A program made the position numbers and the translations under genes. The notes under the pieces were generated by a model. That model did not search any database, was not told where the DNA came from, and worked only from the letters and a program-made list of their open reading frames with translations. A stretch of 64,000 nucleotides of DNA from Bacilli bacterium (GTDB taxonomy: Bacteria; Bacillota_I; Bacilli_A; RF39; UBA660): the NCBI GenBank assembly GCA_045627525.1, contig JAZQNW010000001.1, positions 120,270 through 184,269 on the forward strand, in the 5' to 3' direction. The first letter of the stretch is position 1; each line of letters begins with the position of its first letter. This document shows, in pieces, positions 16,863-25,037 of this stretch.

Positions 16863-17998
16863 TATTTATCAGATTGATCACTATTTAGTAAATCTTGTGC
16901 CTCATCTATTACTTTAGCCAAATTTTGTTTTCCACCTGTTTGAATTTTTAATTCTTCTATTTCAGCCAAAGCTTTACTTAATTTATCCTTTAAATCTTCA
17001 TTTTCTTTTAATATTTTTTTATTAGTCTTATCTAATAATCTTATATCTTTTTCACATGATTTTATTAAATCTTTTTGTTTCTTATTTTGTTCAATAAGTC
17101 TAGTTATAATACTCGTAGCATCAGATAATACATTTTCGTTTCTTTCATCTTCATCTAATTCATTTTCTGAAAAATCAACATTATCATCAGTTATATTTTC
17201 TTCCTTTAAATTTGTATTTTCCGAATCACTTGAACTATCAAAATTTAAATTATTATTTTCCTCATCTTCTACTTCATCAGGAAAATCGTCACCCATTTCT
17301 ATTTTTTGAAAATCAACAGGATTAAGTCTGTTATCTTCTTCTTTTGGTGCATCATTTACTACTGTTTCTTCAGAAGACTTTTCATCTTTCATTTCTATAT
17401 TCTTGGAGTCATCTTGTTTTTGTTTTCCGTTTCCAAGAACAACTTCAATAACTTCTGACTCAGGAATATTTTTACTCAAATATAAAGTATTGTTATTTAA
17501 ACCAATAAAGCTATAATATTCATCATTTAATATATTATTACCATCTAAATCATAAACAGTAGCTTCTGAAAATTGATCATTAAATAAAAAACGTCCACCA
17601 TTTCCCATCATAGCATTCATTTTATCCTTAATAGTAGCAGGAGTAGTTACTAATCTTGCTGCTAATAACGGATCTTTTCTAGCATCACAAGCTTCTATTA
17701 CACTAGGTGTAGTAGGATTTACCTTTTCAACTAAAAATGCTGAATCCAAAATTGATTTAATGGATTTATTTTCAAAAGGAATAATCATATTAGAATCACT
17801 ATCAATAACACCTACATTGGATGCTACAACAAGTGGATCAATAGCTTCAACTAATGCAGTTGATGCAATAATTCGATTATTATTACTTTTTTCACCATCA
17901 ATAAAATAATATTGTTTACCATCATCTGTAATACCATATGTGCATACAATATCACTGCGATCTTTATATTTTACCAATCCTTTTTGAACTTGCATCAT
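16862..17998 (-). CDS. Hypothetical protein with an acidic disordered centre and coiled-coil C-terminus
   Basis: I recognise no motif. The start is probably ATGATG (MMQVQKG) after gggtggtg. The C-terminal 80 aa are heptad-like (LKDKLSKALAEIEELK). Confidence 0.4.
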   Translation of the reverse strand: MMQVQKGLVKYKDRSDIVCTYGITDDGKQYYFIDGEKSNNNRIIASTALVEAIDPLVVASNVGVIDSDSNMIIPFENKSIKSILDSAFLVEKVNPTTPSVIEACDARKDPLLAARLVTTPATIKDKMNAMMGNGGRFLFNDQFSEATVYDLDGNNILNDEYYSFIGLNNNTLYLSKNIPESEVIEVVLGNGKQKQDDSKNIEMKDEKSSEETVVNDAPKEEDNRLNPVDFQKIEMGDDFPDEVEDEENNNLNFDSSSDSENTNLKEENITDDNVDFSENELDEDERNENVLSDATSIITRLIEQNKKQKDLIKSCEKDIRLLDKTNKKILKENEDLKDKLSKALAEIEELKIQTGGKQNLAKVIDEAQDLLNSDQSDK

Positions 17999-18132
17999 AC
18001 TAACACCACCCATTATTCTTATCATAAATAATGATATCACAAATAAGACTTCAAAACAACTACTTTTAAATAAAAATAAAGAAACAAATTTGCATTTTAT
18101 ATAATAAATGATACAATAAAATTGGTGATGAT

Positions 18133-18888
18133 ATGAATGAACAAAAAAAATTAACTATAGGTATGGCAGGATTTACAATAATAATATTTATTTGCTTTGG
18201 AATAATAATTGTAACTGAAAAAACGGCACCTATTTTTGCACCTAGAATAGATAAAAAATTAACAGAATATATAAATAAAAATTATACTGAAGAAAAAAAT
18301 AATTTTGAATTAAAAGATACAATATATACTGAAACGAAATTTAAAAAAATTATTAATTCAAAAGACAATGAAAATTTATATTTCACCCTAACCTATAATA
18401 ACAAAAAAATTACAGACACCTATAAAAGGGATTATTTAGAAGGAAAAACATTAATAACAACCCTAAGTAAAAAATTAGAAAAAGATATATCAAAATTAAC
18501 ATATAATAAAACTTCTGTTTCATTTACAAACAACTTAAATAAATATTCAGAAACAATAAAAGAAAAAATAATTGCTGAAGATAATATTAAAAAACTAAGA
18601 ATATATAATATTAGTCAAGAAATTGAGACATCATGGGATTCTAATGTAATTGCAACTCATATAGAAAAAATAGAAAATAAATTAAAAATCAATGATTATA
18701 ATCCCAAATATTATGAAATAACTATTACAAATAATTTAGATATTGCTCAATCAATAAAAATTAAAAATTTAACTTCTTCTATTATAGAAAATAAAATTAT
18801 GCTAACTCAAATAATTGATGATATAATAAAAAATAAAGAAACAGATATTTTGAAAGAACAAAATATTACATATAAAATTTTAAATTAA
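18133..18888 (+). CDS. Hypothetical membrane-anchored protein (N-terminal TM, Lys/Asn/Ile-rich ectodomain)
   Basis: Single N-terminal hydrophobic helix; no motifs. Confidence 0.4.
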   Translation: MNEQKKLTIGMAGFTIIIFICFGIIIVTEKTAPIFAPRIDKKLTEYINKNYTEEKNNFELKDTIYTETKFKKIINSKDNENLYFTLTYNNKKITDTYKRDYLEGKTLITTLSKKLEKDISKLTYNKTSVSFTNNLNKYSETIKEKIIAEDNIKKLRIYNISQEIETSWDSNVIATHIEKIENKLKINDYNPKYYEITITNNLDIAQSIKIKNLTSSIIENKIMLTQIIDDIIKNKETDILKEQNITYKILN

Positions 18889-18900
18889 GGAGTGATTAAC

Positions 18901-19296
18901 ATGAACGATTGTATATTTTGTAAAATTATTAAAGGTGAAATACCATCTAGCACTGTATATGAAGATGAATTAGTAAAAGTAATAATGAACATAAATCCAA
19001 TTACTAATGGCCACCTATTAATATTACCAAAAAAACACTATGAAAATATTTTTGATATTGAAACAAATATAATTACACATAGTATAGAAATAACTAAAGA
19101 AAAACTATATCCACTTTTAAAAGAAAAATTAAATTGTGAAGGACTAACAATCTTAGAAAACAATTTTTTAGGTCAAGAAATAAAGCATTTTCATATTCAC
19201 CTAATACCTAGATATAAAAATGATAATGCTGAATTAGACTGTAATAAGGAAATTCTTGAAAATTTTGAAAATATTTTTAACAAGTTAGATAATTAA
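18901..19296 (+). CDS. HIT-family (histidine triad) nucleotide hydrolase
   Basis: The H-x-H-x-H-x-x motif (HFHIHLIP) is present. RBS aaggag precedes the start (MNDCIFCKI). Confidence 0.85.
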   Translation: MNDCIFCKIIKGEIPSSTVYEDELVKVIMNINPITNGHLLILPKKHYENIFDIETNIITHSIEITKEKLYPLLKEKLNCEGLTILENNFLGQEIKHFHIHLIPRYKNDNAELDCNKEILENFENIFNKLDN

Positions 19297-19329
19297 TATC
19301 AAATATTTAATTTGGTATTTTTTTATAAA

Positions 19330-19353
19330 AAAAGATAAGAAATCTCTTATCTT
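19330..19353. terminator. Bidirectional terminator between the HIT gene and the small-peptide genes
   Basis: Hairpin agataagaga-tt-tcttatct flanked by A/T runs. Confidence 0.5.
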
Positions 19354-19467
19354 TTAATAACTAATAATTCCGCCTAATATAATAGCAAGTAAAATATATA
19401 ATATAATAATTATAACATAACCATTGCCAGATCTTCTTGTAGTAACATTATTTTCAGAACAACTCAT
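19354..19467 (-). CDS. Small hydrophobic peptide (37 aa), YjcZ-like sporulation peptide family. Not in the ORF track.
   Basis: RBS ggaggtg precedes the ATG. The product is MSCSENNVTTRRSGNGYVIIIILYILLAIILGGIISY, with a Gly/Tyr-containing N-terminus followed by a hydrophobic helix (ILLAIILGG). This resembles the YjcZ consensus ...GFALIVVLFILLIIVGA... Confidence 0.5.
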   Translation of the reverse strand: MSCSENNVTTRRSGNGYVIIIILYILLAIILGGIISY

Positions 19468-19480
19468 TTAAAACACCTCC

Positions 19481-19567
19481 TTAAATATAAGCCCCTAATA
19501 TAATAATTAAAAGAATAAATAATACTAAAATGATGGCATTTGAAGATGAAGATGAACAATTATTCAT
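19481..19567 (-). CDS. Second small hydrophobic peptide (28 aa), YjcZ-like
   Basis: RBS ggagga precedes the ATG. The product is MNNCSSSSSNAIILVLFILLIIILGAYI. The core ILVLFILLIIILGA is nearly identical to the YjcZ core LIVVLFILLIIVGA. Confidence 0.5.
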   Translation of the reverse strand: MNNCSSSSSNAIILVLFILLIIILGAYI

Positions 19568-19698
19568 AGGTTTTCCTCCTTTTTTTATGCTTTCATTTTA
19601 TTTTATGGCAAAACTAAATTTATGTGATTATATATGTCATATTTATTGCAACAAATTGCTTTTTTTGTTATTATAATTAATTGTATAGGAGGAATTTT

Positions 19699-20703
19699 AT
19701 GAAAAAGAATAAATTAATTATTGGACTAAGTAGTCTATTGGTAGTTTCCTTAATTCTTACAGGATGTGGAAAAGCAAAATTAAAAAATGGTGAAGAAATT
19801 GCTGTGAAAGTAAAAGGTGGTAACGTTACTGCTGATCAATATTATAATGAAATCAAAGGAAATAATATCAATACTTTAATAAATATGATTGATCACAAAT
19901 TGCTTGATAAATCATACAAAAAAAGTAATGACGAAGATGAATCAGTAAAAAAACAAATTGATCAAATCAAGAGCTATTATGGTAGTGACGAAGCAACATA
20001 CAAAAATGTATTACAACAATACTTTGGAGTAAGCAGTGAAGATGAATTAGATTCAATGCTACGACTAGAATATAAAAGAAATCAAGCTGTAAAAGATTAC
20101 ATAAGAAAAAATTTATCAAAGCAAGAAATAAAAAATTACTATAACAACAAAATAACTGGTGAAATAAATGCTAGTCACATTTTAATAACTGTTGACGTAG
20201 ATGACAATGCAACAGATGAAGAAAAAGAAGAAGCAGACAAAAAAGCATTAAAAAAAGCAAATAAAGTTATTAAAGAATTAGAAAGTGGAAAAAAATTTGA
20301 AGATTTAGCTAAAAAATATTCAGATGATGAAGCAACAAAAGAAAAAGGTGGAGATTTAGGATATTTCCAACCTAGTGATATGGTTGAAGAATTTGCTAAT
20401 GCCGTTAAAAATTTAAAAAAAGGAAAATATACCAATGAACCAGTAAAAACAAAATATGGTTATCATATAATTCTTAAAAAAGACGAAAAAGAAAAAGAAA
20501 AATTAGACAAAATAAAAAATGATATCAAAGAAAAGTTAACTGATCAAAAACTTAGTGAAGATCCAACATTATACTATCAAACATTAATTGATTACAGAGA
20601 AAGCAAAAATATAACTTGGAATGATAGTAAACTAAAAAAACAATATAAAAAATACATGGAAACATTAATTGAAAATGCAAAAAAATCAACTGAGACAAAA
20701 TAA
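19699..20703 (+). CDS. prsA: Foldase lipoprotein PrsA (parvulin-type PPIase)
   Basis: RBS AGGAGG is present. The lipobox is LTGCGK. The parvulin domain (ASHILI...GGDLGYFQPSDMVEEF) is present. Confidence 0.85.
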   Translation: MKKNKLIIGLSSLLVVSLILTGCGKAKLKNGEEIAVKVKGGNVTADQYYNEIKGNNINTLINMIDHKLLDKSYKKSNDEDESVKKQIDQIKSYYGSDEATYKNVLQQYFGVSSEDELDSMLRLEYKRNQAVKDYIRKNLSKQEIKNYYNNKITGEINASHILITVDVDDNATDEEKEEADKKALKKANKVIKELESGKKFEDLAKKYSDDEATKEKGGDLGYFQPSDMVEEFANAVKNLKKGKYTNEPVKTKYGYHIILKKDEKEKEKLDKIKNDIKEKLTDQKLSEDPTLYYQTLIDYRESKNITWNDSKLKKQYKKYMETLIENAKKSTETK

Positions 20704-20735
20704 AAATTGACTAATAACTAGTCAATTTTTTTATA
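20704..20735. terminator. Bidirectional terminator between convergent prsA and the membrane protein gene
   Basis: Hairpin attgact-aataa-ctagtcaat followed by T-run. Confidence 0.6.
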
Positions 20736-22139
20736 TAATTCAAATTCTTTATGGCCATATATTAATTCATAATCTTTAGAATATTTCAAGTATGTTCTTA
20801 TTGGGTATTTATTAGAAACTAGGAAATAATCAAAATTATATTTATCAATAAGCTTTATATAATCATTGCTTAAAGTAGAAATATTTAAATAATCTCTATA
20901 ATTTAAATTGGTATATAAATCTGCCCTACCATCTATAAAAACATCAATATCATTATATATGAGTTCTCCACCATAATCATACATATTAAATAATTTTTTT
21001 ATAGAGGAATCTTTTATTATAGAAATTACTTCATCATTTAAATATCTCTTATTTAAATTTTTATGCACACGTTGCATACTACAACAAGATAGAATTATTA
21101 AAAGAATAGATAATAGAGATATAGCTAAAGTTATGTTAGAATCATCTTTTCGTTTATCAATATAATTAAAAATTATAAATGTACTTACTATATATGTATA
21201 TCCCCAAAAACGAATACTCTTTATTCCTAAAAAAGCACAAACACCAAAAAGTAATAAATCCATAAAATTAATTTTCTTTTTACTAAACAACATTATAAAA
21301 AATATAAATATAAGAAAAGCATAATAAACATATCCAGATAAACTAGTTAAAGTTGTCGGTTGCCATTCTGAAATATTTTTAATCATAACTGTATCAGACA
21401 TATTAGAATATGGATATATAAACATTTTAAATCCATGAATATTAATACATACAGCAATCATACAAAGAATCATTACTATAAAATATTTTTTTAATTGTAA
21501 TTTACTTATTCTTTCAACTTCAATTTTACTAAATTTAAAAGAAAATAAACCACCAATTATAAACAATAAGCAAAATAAATAACTTAAATTACTAGAACCA
21601 CCATGAACATTAGCCCATACTACTGTAATTATAGGTAAAAAATAAATCTTTTTTGAATTTTCATTATTATACAAATCGTATAAAAACCAAATAGTCAAAG
21701 CTAACAAATTAAAACTAATAAGATGTGGTCTAGCTTGCATAAAAGGCATTAATATAAAAGAACATAAAATCCATACTAACGAAAAAGGTACGTTCTTAAA
21801 AAAATTATTTTTATTACTAAAAAACAATATTAACAATAAAATAAAAATACAAACAAATCCATAAATAATAATATGATATGATTTAAAAACTATTGATAAA
21901 GAATAAATAATAATTTCAAATAGCCACTCATGAGACATCCAGTATTTTCCTCTAGCAAACCATGAAAAAACATCTTTCTTTGTTATACCATTATTAAACA
22001 TATATTCTCCAGTTTTAATATGCCAAAAATAATCACTTTCACGAAATAAAAAAACTAGACAAAATAATGATATAGATAACAATAACAGTAAAAATGATAA
22101 TACTTTTTTATTCTTATTAATAAATTCTTTAATCTTCAT
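20718..22139 (-). CDS. Polytopic membrane protein (10 or more TM), possibly a GT-C-type glycosyltransferase or YfhO-like protein
   Basis: Hydrophobicity is the main evidence. It has a soluble C-terminal domain. The start is probably the internal ATG (MKIKEFINKNKK), which overlaps the recX stop by 11 nt. Confidence 0.4.
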   Translation of the reverse strand: MKIKEFINKNKKVLSFLLLLLSISLFCLVFLFRESDYFWHIKTGEYMFNNGITKKDVFSWFARGKYWMSHEWLFEIIIYSLSIVFKSYHIIIYGFVCIFILLLILFFSNKNNFFKNVPFSLVWILCSFILMPFMQARPHLISFNLLALTIWFLYDLYNNENSKKIYFLPIITVVWANVHGGSSNLSYLFCLLFIIGGLFSFKFSKIEVERISKLQLKKYFIVMILCMIAVCINIHGFKMFIYPYSNMSDTVMIKNISEWQPTTLTSLSGYVYYAFLIFIFFIMLFSKKKINFMDLLLFGVCAFLGIKSIRFWGYTYIVSTFIIFNYIDKRKDDSNITLAISLLSILLIILSCCSMQRVHKNLNKRYLNDEVISIIKDSSIKKLFNMYDYGGELIYNDIDVFIDGRADLYTNLNYRDYLNISTLSNDYIKLIDKYNFDYFLVSNKYPIRTYLKYSKDYELIYGHKEFELYKKID

Positions 22140-22881
22140 AATACAAACCTTTTTGATATAATTTTTCTTTAATTTTGTATTCCAATTCCTTACCAGAATA
22201 TTTAGAACTAAGCTTTTTATACAATTTATTATATTCCCTTTCAATCATCTCTTTATCATTTTTAAATGTGTATGTATCTATAATAGAATTAATAATACTA
22301 TATTCATATCCCAAAGTAATTAAATCACTAATTATTTTATTTTTTAACACCACACCACCTCTAGTATGATTACTTTTTATAGATTTATTAATAATTTTAT
22401 TAATTTTTTCTATTTGTATATCCTTATCAAAAGCACCTATTTCATCTTCTATTATATCAGAATCAACACCTTTATCATGCAATTCCTTTACTATTCTATA
22501 AGGTCCTCTAGATGTGGTAATTATTTGATTTTGAATATAACTTTTAGTAAAAATTCTATCATCTAAATATTTTTTATTTTTTAATTCATCTATAGCAAAA
22601 TCAATATATTCTAAAGGATATTCTTTTTTAACTAAATAATTTTTCATCTCTTTAATACTCTTAGCCCTAGAGTTTAATGATTTTAAAGCTACATAAAATA
22701 CATCCCATTTATTATTTAATTCTACAACTTTATTTAATAAAGTATCATTAACCTCATGATTTATTGTGAGTTGAAAAAAAATTATAACTTGATCATAAAC
22801 TTCTAAATCATTTCCAGAATCAAAAATAATTTTATAACGATCAGTTTTAGTTTTTCTTAATCCAACTATTTTCAAAAACAT
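22129..22881 (-). CDS. recX: RecA regulator RecX
   Basis: The repeated helical modules carry the YLDDRIFTKSYIQN..GPYRIVKELHDKGV signature, which is RecX-like (YLDDARFAESYVRS...GP.RIRQEL.QKGI). Confidence 0.65.
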   Translation of the reverse strand: MFLKIVGLRKTKTDRYKIIFDSGNDLEVYDQVIIFFQLTINHEVNDTLLNKVVELNNKWDVFYVALKSLNSRAKSIKEMKNYLVKKEYPLEYIDFAIDELKNKKYLDDRIFTKSYIQNQIITTSRGPYRIVKELHDKGVDSDIIEDEIGAFDKDIQIEKINKIINKSIKSNHTRGGVVLKNKIISDLITLGYEYSIINSIIDTYTFKNDKEMIEREYNKLYKKLSSKYSGKELEYKIKEKLYQKGLYYED

Positions 22882-22921
22882 CACCCAACTAAAGTATAGC
22901 AAAAAAAAAGAAAGAAAACTA

Positions 22922-23125
22922 CTAGTCTTTCTTTTTTACTTCAATCAAACCTTCTGATATTTCTTCAAGTGCCCTACCAATATTTTTAGCGCTTTTGTAC
23001 TCTGATTCTGGCATTTGTAAATAACCGTCTTTAGATATTTCTTTACTTCTTCTAGCCGCTATATGAACAAGTTCATATTTTGAATCAACAATGTTAAGTA
23101 ATTTGTCGATCGAAGGATAAATCAT
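22922..23125 (-). CDS. rpoZ: RNA polymerase omega subunit
   Basis: MIYPSIDKLLNIVDSKYELVHIAARRSKEI...AKNIGRALEEISEGLIE matches Firmicute RpoZ ([30 protein letters not shown]...ALEEIDAGLL). The called ORF runs further upstream. The real start is the ATG at 23123-23125 with RBS gggagtg. Confidence 0.8.
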   Translation of the reverse strand: MIYPSIDKLLNIVDSKYELVHIAARRSKEISKDGYLQMPESEYKSAKNIGRALEEISEGLIEVKKKD

Positions 23126-23243
23126 TCGTATCACACTCCCTATTATTAGGATACCCTTATCAAAAAAATTAATCAATAAACATGACACAATTAGACACTT
23201 TCGTTTACACAACAATTTACAAATAAAAAAGATAAGCATTTGC

Positions 23244-23585
23244 TTATCTAAAATTACAGCATGAACCACATTGAACATTACTTACTGTGTTTTCTTCTGA
23301 ACAAGAATACTCAGGTCTATAAGTATGTTTATAAACATGGTGATTTATTATTCTAGTGTGAATCGGACAAACATGTGGTACTTCATGAACAATAGTCTTA
23401 TGAACCACTTTTTCTTGTACTGCTTCACTAACTGGATTCATCATCTGACCGCCTTGCATATTTTGAGTAGAATAATTCATCATATTAATATCAACATTCA
23501 TGTCATTATCAATAACATTATTGTTACCAATTACAGAAGAATCAAAGTCAAAATTAGGCATATTAGTCATACCTTGATCAAACAT
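23244..23585 (-). CDS. CotD-like inner spore coat protein (His/Pro-rich, C-terminal Cys cluster)
   Basis: It has VHxxxVHxxPHxCPxHT-type spacing and a C-terminal CGSCC, which resembles Bacillus CotD. The N-terminal Met/Asn/Gln-rich region is low complexity. Confidence 0.45.
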   Translation of the reverse strand: MFDQGMTNMPNFDFDSSVIGNNNVIDNDMNVDINMMNYSTQNMQGGQMMNPVSEAVQEKVVHKTIVHEVPHVCPIHTRIINHHVYKHTYRPEYSCSEENTVSNVQCGSCCNFR

Positions 23586-23656
23586 AATATAAATACCTCC
23601 TCTAATTTATATTATGTAAATTAGACTATTTAGCTACCATTTACGCCCAACTATAT

Positions 23657-24973
23657 TTAAAATGGTAATTTCATATTACCGCTTGTCATTTGTTTCATCA
23701 TTTTTTTCATTTGGTCAAATTGTTGAAGTAACTTATTTACTTCTTGAACTGAAGTACCACTTCCCGAAGCAATTCTTGTCTTACGACTAGCCTTAATTAT
23801 CTCAGGATGTCTTCTTTCTTGTGGAGTCATAGATAATACTATAGCTTCTATATGAGCCAAATCTTTAGGATTTACTTTTACATTTGTAAGTCCCATCTTT
23901 TTTGCTCCAGGAATCAGTTTTATTAAATTTTCTAATGGTCCTAATTTTTTCATTTGTTTCATAGTAGATAAAAAATCTTCTAAATCAAATTTTCCTTGTT
24001 GCATCTTTTTTGCTGTCTTTTCAGCTTCTTTTTCATCTATAGCTTCTGTTGCTTTTTCAACTAAAGAAACTATGTCACCCATTCCCAAAATTCTACCAGC
24101 TGTTCGTTCAGGATCAAAATAATCTAATCCATCCATCTTTTCTGAAGTACCAATAAATTTAATAGGAACATTTGTTAAATGTCTAACAGATAAAGCTACA
24201 CCACCTCTAGTATCTCCATCTAATTTAGTTAAAATAACACCAGTAAGTGGTAATTTATCATTAAAACCAGTAATAACATTTATAGCATCTTGCCCCATCA
24301 TAGCGTCAATTACTAATAATATTTCATCAGGATTGATAGTATCCTTAATATTTATTAATTCATTCATTAATTCTTCATCAATATGCAATCTACCAGCTGT
24401 ATCTATTAAAACATAATCATTACCATTATCTTTAGCATAATTAATAGCATTAGTACTTATTTCTACAGGGTTTTTCTTTCCCTCTTCATAAACTTCAATA
24501 TTTAATTGCTTTCCTAATTGTTTTAATTGATCAATAGCCGCTGGTCTATAAACATCACATGCAACTAATAATGGCTTTTTAGCACGCTTCTTTCTTAAAA
24601 AATTAGCAAGTTTAGCTATACTTGTAGTTTTTCCTGATCCTTGCAAACCAACTAACATTAAAGTAGCTGGATTTCCTTTTAAATTCAATGGAGCATTTTC
24701 TCCACCAAGCAAGTTTACTAATTCATCTTTTACTATTTTAACAAACAAATCACCAGGATTAATGCTACTAGCAACTTCTTCACCTAAAGCTTTTTCCTTA
24801 ACAGTATTTGTAAATTCTTTAACAACTTTATAATTAACATCCGCTTCTAATAAGGCTAGTCTTATTTCCCTCATCATATCAGAAATATTTTCTTCTGTTA
24901 TTTTCCCATAGCCTTTAATTTTATGCAAAGCGTTTTGTAATCTATCTCCTAAACTTTCAAACATTTTCATCAC
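23657..24973 (-). CDS. ffh: Signal recognition particle protein Ffh (SRP54)
   Basis: N, G and M domains are present: GLQGSGKTT, DTAGR, and a Met-rich C-terminal M domain. Confidence 0.95.
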   Translation of the reverse strand: MMKMFESLGDRLQNALHKIKGYGKITEENISDMMREIRLALLEADVNYKVVKEFTNTVKEKALGEEVASSINPGDLFVKIVKDELVNLLGGENAPLNLKGNPATLMLVGLQGSGKTTSIAKLANFLRKKRAKKPLLVACDVYRPAAIDQLKQLGKQLNIEVYEEGKKNPVEISTNAINYAKDNGNDYVLIDTAGRLHIDEELMNELINIKDTINPDEILLVIDAMMGQDAINVITGFNDKLPLTGVILTKLDGDTRGGVALSVRHLTNVPIKFIGTSEKMDGLDYFDPERTAGRILGMGDIVSLVEKATEAIDEKEAEKTAKKMQQGKFDLEDFLSTMKQMKKLGPLENLIKLIPGAKKMGLTNVKVNPKDLAHIEAIVLSMTPQERRHPEIIKASRKTRIASGSGTSVQEVNKLLQQFDQMKKMMKQMTSGNMKLPF

Positions 24974-24984
24974 CTATTAATAAT

Positions 24985-25030
24985 TATAACAAAAGAAAAT
25001 AATAATACCAATAAAAAAATAGCATTATAA
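24985..25030 (-). terminator. Terminator after the HerA-like gene (upstream of the ffh promoter)
   Basis: Hairpin atagcatt-ataa-atgctat followed by T-run on minus strand. Confidence 0.55.
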
Positions 25031-25037
25031 ATGCTAT

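Noticed and set aside
22175-22566. Two short plus-strand ORFs (64 and 66 aa) inside recX
   Set aside because: Antisense to RecX-like CDS; Ile/Phe/Tyr low-complexity typical of AT-rich antisense frames
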